This document shows, one piece after another, positions 23,599-36,521 of a stretch of DNA of 64,000 bases. The stretch is from Macrostomum lignano (lineage: Eukaryota), in assembly GCA_002269645.1 (NCBI GenBank), contig NIVC01002708.1, positions 83,910 through 147,909 of the forward strand, written 5' to 3'. Position numbers and translations under genes: made by a program. Numbering within the stretch: position 1 is the first letter of the stretch; every line of letters starts with the position of its first letter. Under the pieces are notes generated by a model that saw nothing but the letters and a program-made list of their open reading frames with translations, did no database searches and was not told where the DNA came from.

Positions 23599-24389
23599 GT
23601 ATATTTCCCCGTCTCCCTACCCAATTTTTAAATCCATGATGACTCCCTGGATGTGTTATGCATAGCTTTCCACATGGACTATGCATGCAAGCTATTTGTA
23701 GGTAAATACTGCAACTCACTGACCGCAAATTGGCAATCTATTCCATAGTATAGCGAGGTCCAAACTGCATTCCCGATTCCCATTCACCGAACCTATCATT
23801 CCATTTACAGACGATGCTGTGTGCCACCAAGCATAGACTTAGTCTGTACAGCTTTTCTAGATTGGCTTAGCAACTGGCATTTCAGTCCGTAGCTGCGTAG
23901 AAACAGGATTAGAAAAAAATTAATATTTTTATTTTTACATAGCCAATTCTCTTTGTTAGTTATAGCCACGATGGCGCAGCATCGGCTAAAGCGGACTGCT
24001 TCTGCACTCTTGCATTGCTTAGCTGGATTTCAGTGGCTTGTGCCACGCCGCCTTGTGCCTTGTGCATAGTGGTGCATGCGGAAACACTCGGTTGCGAGTG
24101 TTACGGTTAGCAATCAGTGTTTACATGTAGTTGTGCATGTAAGTCTGATTATAACCACTGATAAGCGTGCAGAGGTGTGTTGTGTATAACTTATTACCTT
24201 GGACAATATCGAAATGAGCGCATTGAGCACTGAAGACTGCTGGGTACCGATTTTGCAACTGTAATTTACTGCTGGAGATATGAGATAAACTCGCCTATTT
24301 TAGTTTTTAACACTGTCTTAGATTACTGCGAAATTCCCCAAATAAGCCCGAAATTCCTCCTGAATCACCTCCAGAGTCCCCGGATCCCA

Positions 24390-24850
24390 ACAGTCCCATG
24401 ATCCCCAAAAGCCTCCAGAAGTTCCATGACCCCCAATGCCCTCCAGAGTCCCATGAGCCCCGAAATTCCCGAGAGTCTCATGAGCCCCAAAAATCCCCCG
24501 GAGTCCCATGAGCCCCGAAATTCCCGAGAGTCCCATGAGCCCCGAAATTCCCGAGAGTCCCATGAGCCCCGAAATTCCCGAGAGTCCCATGAGCCCCGAA
24601 ATTCCCGAGAGTCCTATGAGCCCCGAAATTCCCGAGAGTCCCATAAGCCCCAAAAATCCGTCGGAGTCCCATGAGCCCCCCAAATTCCCGAGAGTCCCAT
24701 AAGCCCCAAAAATCCGTCGGAGTCCCATGAGCCCCCAAATTCCGGAGAGTCCCATAAGCCCCAAAAATCCTCCGGAGTCCCATGAGCCCCCCAAATTCCC
24801 GAGAGTCCCATAAGCCCCAAAAATCAATCGGAGTCCAACGACCCAAAAAA
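24390..24850. repeat. 27-bp minisatellite GAGTCCCATGAGCCCCGAAATTCCCGA
   Basis: Direct reading. Confidence 0.92.
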
Positions 24851-25827
24851 TCCCCTGGCAATCCTTGACTCTTGCGGACTTAAAAGTCCTCTAGTATAAC
24901 TAATTCTCCTGAGCTATGCATTTAAACAAAAACGAAGCCAAATCCTGAAATTCCCCTCAACATACAAGCTAAAGACAAGCTCCGCCCACGAAGAAGGCTG
25001 ATCAAAAAGAGGACCCGTCTTCTAATCGCCAACCCGCTCTCGACCCGAATCTCGACTGGCATCGCCTAAGTCCTCCCCCCTTCCCATGCAGATCCCGCAG
25101 TTCGTTTACCGCCGCGCGGTGGGGAAGTTATTGGTTGTTCAGCCAACCCGCCTGGCCTAGCCAGTTTAGGGAATCAGAAAATTGGAGAGAGAGTTTCTTT
25201 CGTCCCATTTTCAGCCGCAAGTCCCGCATATGCGTGCCATGGGGGGGGGAGGGTAGCTGGCACCACATGTTCGTGTGCCCCGGCGCAACAGGCTTGGGAT
25301 TTGGCATCGCCCACCTAAGGGGCCCTGGGACGGTCTCCGGCTGAACCAGCTTCCATCTATCCTTCTATACTTTCATCTCCCATATCAGTCGGAACAACTG
25401 CAGGGGGATCTACGAAGCCATTCGACTGAAAAGTTTCAGTCTCCCCTACATCGCTATTCGCTCTGTGTCTCTCTGGCTCCCACTGGGTCTCCGCCCACCC
25501 CACCATTCCTCTATACCAATTATACCTTTCCTGGCATGGCCATGGCCAACGGCCCCGCCCTATCTTATAGGCTGCAGAATTTTTCCAAGCGTTGCGGGGC
25601 ACAGACGGAACCTAACCCTGGACCTAACACCGACACACACTCAACCAAGAGGATAGAAGTCGCATATCCGAACCCGTAGATTACAATCTTCTTTATACTC
25701 TTATAACTAACGTACACAACTCGTTTCAACTGTTATATTTCTTATCCTTAATAATAACGCTAAAAATCCTTAGGCTTCGTCTAGTCTCAGGTCTTGCCGA
25801 GAAGGGAGTTAGAAGCTAATATATAAC

Positions 25828-28800
25828 ATGGACGGGCCCAGCACTTGGGCTGAGGTGAGTAGCCTACCTACTGTTGTTTTTGTGTATGTAGAAATTTATA
25901 AAATCAGGAGACAATTCCAGACAGATCCTACCCTATCAATATCTAGGTGGCCATTTTTGAGCATATTTGCCTAGTAAAAAACTGATTCCCTACTTTCAGT
26001 TCAGTAGTAAGAAATAATGCGTTAGCTATTTTCAAAAAGAAAGGCAGTTGGAATGACTACTTATTAGACGTAAACAGCTTGTTATTAGTGCAGACGTAAT
26101 GTACACTAGCCAGCGCCACTTAAATGTACATGGTAGCTTTAGGCGGGAACATCGAGGAAGGCAATCGAATTGGTGGAAAAACAAACATGGTTGGAGGCTT
26201 AAGAAGGCTTAAGCCAGAGAATTGGTATGTCTTAAAATACTTTAAACAGCTTCGATCTACTCAAATTTCAACTGAGCTGAAAGTAGCTTGCGCAAATGTG
26301 CAAAGCTATTTGACTTAGTTAGCTGGACTTAGAATTAACTGAAAATATTGAATGGTGTAATTAAAAATTTAATTCCTGGCATGGCCTAGCCATTAGTCTA
26401 CGAGTAGACTGTCATTTAATTTTTATTTAATTGGTCAGGCCATTAAATCGTTTTTATTGCAAATGAGGTAGACCGAAGCTGATTGGCTACTAGGGAGAGA
26501 GGGGCCACAATGTACAGTGGCTAGTCCGTATAGAGAATACAAATCATCTCTGTTCTCTTCTATCTCCTCTCTACTTTATCCTATCTACTCTCTCCTCCCT
26601 CATCTCATCTCTCTCATCTCTCTCATCTCTCCCTCTTCTCACCTCTACTCTCTACTCTCTACTCTCCAGAGATTAGCCAATAATTAAATGAACCAACAGA
26701 GTTTTTTGATGAGAAGCCAGGAAAAGTAAATTATAAAGTTAAATGAATTTGTGTTTAGCTTTCTATTCAAAAATTTTCCAATTGCAAATCCTAAAAAGTG
26801 TTCTTAGGCAAAAAACATTTAGAATGTTAGTTAAATCAACTTAGCTATTGCATTCATTCTTTGCGTGATCTTTTTTGGATGTCATTTTTACTTTTCGGTA
26901 AAAATTAGCTTTTACAATAATTACGAGTAAAAAACTCAATTCAAGATGTTGGCATTGCCCCTTCAGTTTTTACTGGGCCCTAACTGGGCCCCCCCATCCT
27001 GAAACCTCTCATGGACGCGCCCCTGCTGAGTGTCTGCATCTAACAAAGAATCGTTTGCAAATCTTCAACTTTATAAAGTTAGATTTTTTATGGTTTGCTT
27101 CATTTTTACAAAGCTAAGAACGAAACAAAAAATGGAAACATTTAGTCTTGTTTTTTTCTGCCTTTGTGTTTTAATTTTTAAATTGGTTTGAAGCAACATT
27201 AACACATTTAAACAAACAGTTTTCTACTGTGGCGATAGAATTTAAATTTTTTTCAAATTTCAAATTTAAGACTAATAGTCCTTACATTTTTGCAACGGTT
27301 AACAGCCTTAAAAAGTTTCGATCTGAAGGTACTGATTTTTTTTTCCTAAATCTGTCAGTCAGCTAAAAGTTTGCATCTGGAGACGATGATTCAGCATGAA
27401 TTATTTTCGTATCCAAGGGCGCAGCTGTCACACCCTGCCTTCGTCACGAATTGATCCAGGCGCAAAAGCTTTGACCTTGGCGCATTCGAATCTTGACATC
27501 ACATGCGACTGCGAGCTCTGGCAGTGCGTCACCGGCGAAATTTTTCGGTTGCTATCTGGTTTCGATGGCATGTGGTGATTGAAATTCCTGAAGCTATGCA
27601 CGTGGGCAAACAACTACAAGCGTATTTCTAGCCGGTTGCTATGGTAAACAACCGTGAAAACAAGTACCAGTTGCTATGGTACACAACCGTGTAAACAAGT
27701 TGCCGGTTGCTATGGTACACAAAGGTGTAAACAAGTGCCAGTTGCTATGGTACACAACCGTGAAAAAAGTACCGGTTGCTATGGTACACAACCGCGAAAA
27801 CAAGTGCCGGTTGCTATGGTAAACAACCCTGAAAACAAGTGCCGGTTGCTATGGTACACAACCGTGTAAACAAGTGCTATCCCGTTGCTATGCTGCCAAG
27901 CATATCCATGCACTTTCCCCATGAACCAGATCGACTCCATCCTGGCCTCAATCGATCCCAACCGAGCCTCCTGGATTTCCCAGCTGGAGGCGGCGGCGGC
28001 GGTGGCGGCGACAGGGTCGGCAGGCGACGGTCGCCTGCTGCTCGGCCTGGACGACTGGGCGGCGCTGAACCGGCTGGAAGAGGAAATCCTGGCGGGGCTG
28101 CTGGCGCACGGGTTCGACTGCGCCGGTTTCATTGTGAGTCCGAGACGCGCTGCAAATACCCTCGTTGCTATGGGGCAGGCTGACAATGAAAAATATTCCG
28201 TATTCAAGGGAAACCCCGTTGCTATACTGATTCAGGGCACCTATTAAAGGGAATCCGTATCCAAGGGAAACCCCGTTGCTATGCTGATTCAGGGCACCTG
28301 TTAAAGGGAATCCGTATCCAAGGGAAACCCTGTTGCTATACTGATTCAGGGCACCTATTAAAGGGAATCCGTATCCAAGGGAAACCCCGTTGCTATGCTG
28401 ATTCAGGGCACCTGTTAAAGGGAATCCGTATCCAAGGGAAACCCCGTTGCTATGCTGATTCAGGGCACCTATTAAAGGGAATCCGTATCCAAAGGAAACC
28501 ACGTTGCTATGCTGATTCAGGGCACCTATTAAAGGGAATACGTATCCAAAGGAAACCCCGTTGCTATGCTGATTCAGGGCACCTATTAAAGGGAATCCGT
28601 ATCCAAGGGAAACCCCGTTGCTATGCTGATTCAGGGCACCTATTAAAGGGAATCCGTATCCAAGGGAAACCCCGTTGCTATGCTGATTCAGGGCACCTAT
28701 TGAAGGGAATCCGTATCCAAGGGAGTTGTAATGCTGATCAAGGGAACATTTTCACGGGAATCCGTATCCAAGGGAAACCCCCGTTGCTATGCTGATTCAG

Positions 28801-31800
28801 GGCACCTGTTAAAGGGAATCCGTATCCAAGGGAAATCCTTGTTGCTATGCTGATTCAGGGCACCTCCTAAAGGGAATCTGTATCCAAGGGAGTTGTAATG
28901 CTGATCAAGGGAACATTTTCAAGGGAATCCGTATCCAACGGAAACCTCCGTTGCTATGCTGATTCAGGGCACCCATTAAAGGGAATCCGTATCCAAGGGA
29001 AACCCCGTTGCTATGCTGATTCAGGGCACCTATTAAAGGGAATCCGTATCCAAGGGAAACCCTTGTTGCTATGCTGATTCAGGGCACCTCCTAAAGGGAA
29101 TCCGTATCCAAGGGAAACCCTTGTTGCTATGCTGATTCAGGGCACCTCCTAAAGGGAATCCGTATCCAAGGGAGTTGTAATGCTGATCAAGGGAACATTT
29201 TCACGGGAATCCGTATCCAAGGGAAACCCCCGTTGCTATGCTGATTCAGGGCACCTGTTAAAGGGAATCCGTATCCAAGGGAAATCCTTGTTGCTATGCT
29301 GATTCAGGGCACCTCCTAAAGGGAATCCGTATCCAAGGGAGTTGTAATGCTGATCAAGGGAACATTTTCAAGGGAATCCGTATCCAACGGAAACCTCCGT
29401 TGCTATGCTGATTCAGGGCACCTATTAAAGGGAATCCGTATCCAAGGGAAACCCCGTTGCTATGCTGATTCAGGGCACCTATTAAAGGGAATCCGTATCC
29501 AAGGGAAACCCTTGTTGCTATGCTGATTCAGGGCACCTCCTAAAGGGAATCCGTATCCAAGGGAAACCCTTGTTGCTATGCTGATTCAGGGCACCTCCTA
29601 AAGGGAATCCGTATCCAAGGGAGTTGTAATGCTGATCAAGGGAACATTTTCAAGGGAATCCGTATCCAACGGAAACCTCCGTTTTTATACTAGTGAAAAG
29701 CAGTGAGGCCGTATCCAGAGGAAATCCCCGTTGCTAAGCAGATAAGTTTTAAAAGTGCTCGCCCTCCTCTCTCCCTCTCCAGAACGGTGTCCTGAGCGAC
29801 GCCGACCTGCAAGAGCTGGGCGTCCGGTCGGGCATGCAGCGGCGGCGGATCCTCGCCGCTGTCCAGGAGCTGCCCAATTGCGCTATGGAAGGTGAGCTGG
29901 GCTAAGACAGAGGGCAACAACAGGATGCGGGGATAATGATGAAGCGGAAGTTGATGATAGCCTCGGGTAGATAAAACGGCGCAGCCCCCTACTTTTCTTA
30001 CCCTGTACGGAGCGGGGCCGCCAATGATTGACGCATCGGGCCTGGCGCATCTTTTTACAGCATTTTTACAGCACCTCTACAGGCGCGTTTCGCCCAGCCA
30101 TCCCCAGAAACCCCCCCCCCTGTCTTTTTCCTCTCCTCTCGTATCGACGTTAACCTGCGGTTTTACAATCGCCCTTGTTTTTTGGGCTTCTTGCCGAGCT
30201 TCCCAGATGCAGGCAGGGATTCTGGACGATCCAATTAATCTTCAAGGCATATCCGTATGCACCCAGAACTGCTGAAAGGGCTTGAAAGTTTTGAGCTCGT
30301 TACTGTCTGGCACCGTCTGGTTATATACTTGTAGGTGTAGCATAAAAGATGGACTTTTGTCATGAAAAATGATATCTTCTGGTGATCTGAAATGACCTTC
30401 ACTCGATTTTGAAATTTGGTCCGTGAATATAAATTCTTCAGATCGAATATGGTATTCCTGAGTTTGAAATTAACATATCTCTTATCAAAAGTGGCGTCTC
30501 TCAGATCAAAGTGGCGTCGCTCAGATCAAAGTGGCGTCGCTCAGATCAAAGTGGCGTCGCTCAGATCAAAGTGGCATCTCTCAGATCAAAGTGGCTTCTC
30601 TCAGATGAACGTGGCATCTCTCAGATCGAAGTGTCATCTTTCATACTGTAGGGTTGCGTTTGGTTTGGGCCGTAGGGGTGGGGGCTGCTCTATTAGTATA
30701 TGTACTTGCATCTCGCTTTCTTCTCTGTACATGCCCACCACCCCAGTTGGGTGAGTCACTTTAATCGATCTATCATCGCTGACTATTTAATCGCTCGTAA
30801 ATTATCGTGCATCAAAATATACTGCGTAAACTTACTCAAAATTCTCGGCTCTTACATTGGTGGCAGCGAGAACCCAGTGCAAGTGCACTCATGGCCCAGA
30901 ACACCCTTCTACCGCCAAAGTTCAGTGGAACAGATGGCACTGACGTGAGAAAGTGGCTGCGCATCTTTGAGGAATTCGCCAACGATGCGAAATGGGACGA
31001 CGCGACCTCAGCGTCGAAGGTGAAGCTGCTGCTCACGGGAGAAGCCCAACTTGTCGTCTGGGACCTGGCCGAGACAAGACGAAAGAGTTTTAAAGGTATA
31101 AAGGAGGACCTCACAAAGTTTTATGGAGGCGAAGCCGACAGCTTTAAGGCCATGAGCGACTTCTACGCAAGGAAACGTGGAGATGCCGAGACACTGCGTG
31201 AGCTCTGCTTTAACCTGAAGCTGCTACACCAGAAAGCCAGATCGGAGGACTCAAGTGCTCAGCGAGACCGAGATGTGCGCTTCAAGCTTCTGCAGCTGCT
31301 CAAGGCCGACATTCGTGACAACCTGCTTAAGGCAGAGGACGCAGAGACCTGCAGCCTGGAGACTCTGCTGCAGCGGGCGGCTCGGCTGGAGGAGCTGGCT
31401 GGGCGACAGTCGGTGGCGGCAGTCGCAGCCGTCAGCGCTACATCATCGGCAGAACCAAGCGAGGACCGCCTGGACCGACTGGAGAAACGCATGGAGGAGC
31501 TCATCGCAAGGGTCAGCGTACAGTCGGGTACCGACACTCGGCGTCGCCGTCAACAGCGAGTAGGCGGCTGCTTCAACTGCGGCCAGCTCAGCAGCGAGAG
31601 AAACAGCCGGGTCCGATCATCTGCCACAAGTGCTCTGGGCGGGGGCACAAGGACTCTGTCTGCCCATCGAAGGCTCCGGGAAGCTTTTAAGGGTTGGTGC
31701 AACGGGTGCGGGACCCACACCAACCCCAAGGAGCAATCCCGTGCTTCATGCTATTTTTATACCTGGAGAGGCAAACGGCAAGCCGTGCCGCTGGCTGCTG

Positions 31801-34800
31801 GACACCGGAGCGCCGACCTCGCTGATCAGCGACGTTGCTCTGAGAGAGCTGGACGGTCGCTGCGAGCTGAAGCCGGCAGATGTCAGGCCTGTGTCCGTGG
31901 ACGGCTCCGTTCTCGAGCTGTTAGGAAGCGTGAGCATTACGGTGCGACTCAGTCATCAGCTGCGCAGACAAATGGACGTGCTGGTGGTCAGAGGGATTCA
32001 CCCAAACTTCATCCTGGGGATGGATTTCGTGAGCAAGGCGGCCAGATCGCAGTTCAGCATCGACCAGGGTGCCAAGACAGTCGCATTCGATGGTGAGGCG
32101 GTTCCGTTCAGTGACTGCGATTCCAAGCAAGATGGCCCGCTGTCTTGTTGCTTGGTACCCACAGTGATCATCGCCAGAGTTCAGGGCGCCGTCGTGGTAC
32201 CGCCAAGGTCAGTTAAAGTGGTGGACGTGACGACCGAGACCAAGCAGGCACATGGCATCTTCGAGCCGTCACAGGAGTTCATCGATAGAATCGGAGTGCT
32301 ACCCGGCCGCGTGTTCGCGGTGTCTTCAGAGAGCGGCAAGATTCCGGTTCAGGTGTGCAACCTCAGCTGCAGCCCGGTCACGCTGTTCTCCAACCAGAGC
32401 ATCGGCACCTTCGAGAGCGCGGCGGTTATCAACGAGGACGAGGACGTGCACGAGTGGCGAGGCCCCGCAGACCAGTTCAACATCAATCCGGAGCTGCCGG
32501 AGGAGGACAGCAACCGTTTAGCAATGCTGCTGAGGGCATTTGCCGACGTGGTCTCAGTCCATGAGTTCGACGTTGGTACGAGCAGCGCAGCGCAGCACAA
32601 GATTGAGCTGGACGACGGCGCTCGCCCGATTCGCCAACGGCCTCGGCGGGTGCCTCACGCCTTCAGGAGGCAAGTGGACGAGAAGCTGGAGCAGATGCGA
32701 CAACACGGCGTCATCGAGCCCTCCACCAGCCCGTGGGCGAGCAACCTGATAATCGTCAGAAAGAAGAATAATGACATCCGAGTCTGTGTAGACTGGCGGG
32801 CGCTGAACAACCTCACAGTGAAGGACGCCCACCCGCTGCCGCATTTGCACCAAGCGCTCGACTCCTTGGCTGGCTGCTCATGGTTCTCTACGATCGACAT
32901 GCGCCAAGGCTTCCTTCAGGTGGAGGTCAGAGAGGAGGATCGGCCGTTGACAGCGTTCTACACTCAGAGCGGCCTGATGCAATTCCGCAAAATGGGATTC
33001 GGCATGTGCAACGCGCCTGCGACGTACCAGCGAATGATGGAGCTCATCATGACCGGCCTGAGCTGGGAGGAGGTCATCGCGTACATTGATGACCTGATCA
33101 TCTTCAACAGGGACTTTGAGAACCACGTTCAGTCACTGTCCAAGGTGCTGCATCGACTGCGGTCTGCCAAGCTGAAGCTGAACCCAGGCAAGAGCTTCTT
33201 TGCCTACCGGAGCGTCACGTACCTGGGTCACCAAGTCTCTGAGAGCGGCATCGCACCTGCCGCGGAGAAGGTCGAGGCGATCAGGCGGATGCCGGAGCCG
33301 CAGTCTGAGGAGGATGTTCGACGCATCATCGGCATGCTCAGCTTCTACCGCAGGTTCGTGCCCAACTTCTCTGACATTGCCAAACCGCTGCATCACCTGG
33401 CTCAGAAAGGCGCGGGCGGCGGCTTCGTGTGGACGTCAGAGCATGCTGCGGTGCTGAACAAGTTGAAGGACGCGCTGACCCAGGCCCCGGTGCTCCAGCT
33501 GCCCGACTTCAGCCGGCCTATCGTCATCAGCTGTGACAGCAGTGCTGTGGCCTTGGGTGCGGTGCTCAGCCAGGAGCGCGACGGCCAGGAGCTGCCAGTG
33601 GCCTACGCTTCCCGGACGCTGAGCAAGGCAGAGCGCAACTACAGCACCACGGACCGGGAGCTGCTCGCGATTGTTTGGAGCCTCAAGCAGTTCCGCATGT
33701 ACCTGAGCAACAGCTGCAAGATCCAGGTGTTCACCGACCACAAGCCGATCACTGGGCTGCTCAACGCGAAGGAGCCAACCGGTCGGCTGGCACGTTGGCT
33801 ACAGCTCATTCAGGAGTTCCCCCTGGAAATCCTGTACCGGCCCGGCAAGGAGAACATCGTGCCAGACACCCTCAGCCGAGCAGCGGCGGTGCAGTTCCAG
33901 ATCGCTAATCTGCCTGACGAGCAGGACCAGGACCAGGTTCTGCACGCGGTTCGGCACGCGATGCTCCAGCCCAACTTTCAAGTTCCGGCGGCGGTGAGTG
34001 CGTCGGTCCAGAAGCTGCTGCCCTGTCTGACGCTGTCACCGGACGGCGCACTGCTCCACAACGGATTGCCGGTGATCCCCCAGCACATGAGAGCGGAGCT
34101 GCTGCAACAGGCGCACGACCGGCCGAGCGCGGGTCACCTCGGTCAGCGGCGGGTGCTGCGGGCTCTGCGCGAGCGTTCCTGGTGGCCGGACATGCGCGAG
34201 GACGTGCGGGACTGGGTGCGGAGCTGCCTGGTCTGCTAACGACGCAAGGGAGCGCCAAAGCGAGCGCGCGCTGAGCTGGTGCGGCAGCCGCTACCGGCCA
34301 AGCCGTGGGCTGTCATGCAACTCGACATCAAGGGCCCACTGCCAGTCACCGAGTCTGGCAAGCGCTACATCATCTGCTTTGTCGACACATTTTCAAAGTG
34401 GGTGGAGGCGGCGGCCCTCAGCCAGATCGACGCCAAGACGGTAGCCGAGGCTCTGGTGACCTGTGTGGTGCTGCGGCACGGAGTTCCGGGGGTCGTGCAC
34501 TCGGACCAAGGTCGCCAGTTTGAGGCCGAAGTTTTCAAGCAGACCTGCGCGCTGCTCGGAGCAGAAAAATCGAGGACCTCACCGTTTCACCCCAGCGGCA
34601 ACGGGAACGTCGAGAGGTTCAATAGGACGCTGGGCAACATGCTCTCCGCATTCTGCTCAGAGAATCAGGCCAGCTGGGACGCCCTGCTGCCCTATGTCGT
34701 GTGGGCCTACAACAGCTCTGAGCACAGCTCCACGGGCGAGTCGCCGTTCAAAGTGCTACGCGGCATCGAGCCCAGACTGCTGGTCGACTTGGCACTCGGT

Positions 34801-36486
34801 GGGCAGCGCGACCAGCCGCAGGACTGCGCGGACCTGCAGGCGAGAATCAGGCGCGGCTTTCAGGTAGTGCGGGCGCACCTGCACACGGCCCAGAAATCGC
34901 AGCACGAGTTCTACAACCTAGGGGCAGAGACTACCGACTTCAAGACCGGTGACCGAGTGATACTGACGCACCATGCGATGAAGCGCGGCCAGTGCAAGTC
35001 GCTGTCGAGCCGGTGGTCCGGCCCGTTCATCGTCCTTAAGAAGGTCAGCCCTGTGAACTACCGGCTGCAGGCTGTGAACGGCAGGCGCCGCTTGCTGGTC
35101 CACCACGACCGCTTGAAGCGCTTTATCGACCGACCGAATCTGAGCGGCAGGCCGCCAGCCAAGCCGGCCACCGAGGACGACTGTCAGAGCGTCGAGGACG
35201 CCGCGGGCCAGCTGGCCGGCCCGGACGCCTGGGAGCCGCTGCGCAACCTGGACGCGGCTGAACCCGGCAACACGGTGCGCCGGTCGGGCAGGCAGCGCCG
35301 GCGGCCGGATTTTTACACGGCGACCCTTGACGTGCTTTTTTTCTGATCGGGACTTTTTTCGCGTTGCATGAACTTTTTTTTGTTTGCTTTTGTTTTATCC
35401 CGTTTTTTTTATCCCATGTATTTTTCTTGGGGGAGAGTGATGTAGGGTTGCGTTTGGTTTGGGCCGTAGGGGTGGGGGCTGCTCTATTAGTATATGTACT
35501 TGCATCTCGCTCTCTTCTCTGTACATGCCCACCACCCCAGTTGGGTGAGTCACTTTAATCGATCTATCATCGCTGACTATTTAATCGCTCGTAAATTATC
35601 GTGCATCAAAATATACTGCGTAAACTTACTCAAAATTCTCGGCTCTTACAATACCAAAGTGGCATCTCTCAGATCAAAGTGGCACCCCTTAGATCAAATG
35701 CGTTCCATCGTGTGTGTAAACTGACATTAATTATGAGGAATTCTTCAAATATTTAATATTTAAAAAATTCAAAGTCGAAATAGCATCGTTAAAGATTACA
35801 TAAAACTGCTGTGTATCAGGTCCAGGACGAAGTTCTGACGAGACTTTCAATGTTAATTTTTCACCCCTGACAAACCACTGCAGTGGCTGAGTCCCTGTCA
35901 GGCTCAGCCAGTGCCGACTATCTGATGCAGCGGCTCCGGCTCAATCACCAACTCGGCAGAGAGTTCGCTGATGCGGCCGCCGCAGCCACGGTGAACGATC
36001 TGGCCTCGGCGACTGAGGCGGAGCTACAAATGGTGAGAGTCTAACAAAAATTTTATTCTTTTTTTCGTGTTCGTCTACTTTCAGTAGTTTTCAGGAGCCC
36101 ACGTAGATTTTTAAAGGGGATTTTTCTTTCTTTCAGTTTTTTCTTTTGATTTTTTATTTCCAAAAGGGATCTTTTTTGTAATCGCCTACTTTCAGTAGTT
36201 TTTATAGCTGTTTAAGGACTACTTAAGGATCATGCCTTCTTTGAATGGTTGAGTGCGGGAGGCTGGTGTTTTTTAGTAACTTGTCAATAATTTTATTTCT
36301 CCTCAAAGATAAATTAGAATTGACCGAAGCTAATAAAAACATTCAAATGCGTCAGACTCTCCGCTCCAACCAAACCAGCGATTCGGCTTGCATAAACTCG
36401 GTCACCGGCGGCGCGTTTTCTGTTGCCTTGACAACGCACAAGCGTTGGGACGCCTTCGGCGACCTCATCATAATCATCATCAGCAT

Positions 36487-36521
<35 letters not shown>

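Larger units (their letters stand above)
30647..35650 (+). mobile_element. Full-length Ty3/Gypsy LTR retrotransposon (5004 bp) in intron 3 of the ANKS1-like gene
   Basis: 210-bp LTRs with TG...CA ends (30647-30856, 35441-35650), 1 mismatch. 4-bp TSD ATAC (30643-30646 / 35651-35654). PBS TGGTGGCAGCG; PPT GGGGGAGAGTGA. Domain order gag-PR-RT-RNaseH-IN is Gypsy-type. Confidence 0.97.

Noticed and set aside
25135-25679. Short ORFs upstream of the ANKS1-like gene as possible missing ankyrin exons
   Set aside because: No ankyrin or other motif and no consistent splice phases. Left unannotated.
26950-27030. GC-rich CAGGGGCGCGTCC-type end resembling a MITE terminus (similar start at ~55398)
   Set aside because: No matching second terminus or TSD could be found in the window.
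34237-34239. Programmed stop-codon readthrough in pol
   Set aside because: The TAA falls inside the integrase zinc-finger region, not at a gag-pol boundary, and a CAA>TAA substitution explains it simply.
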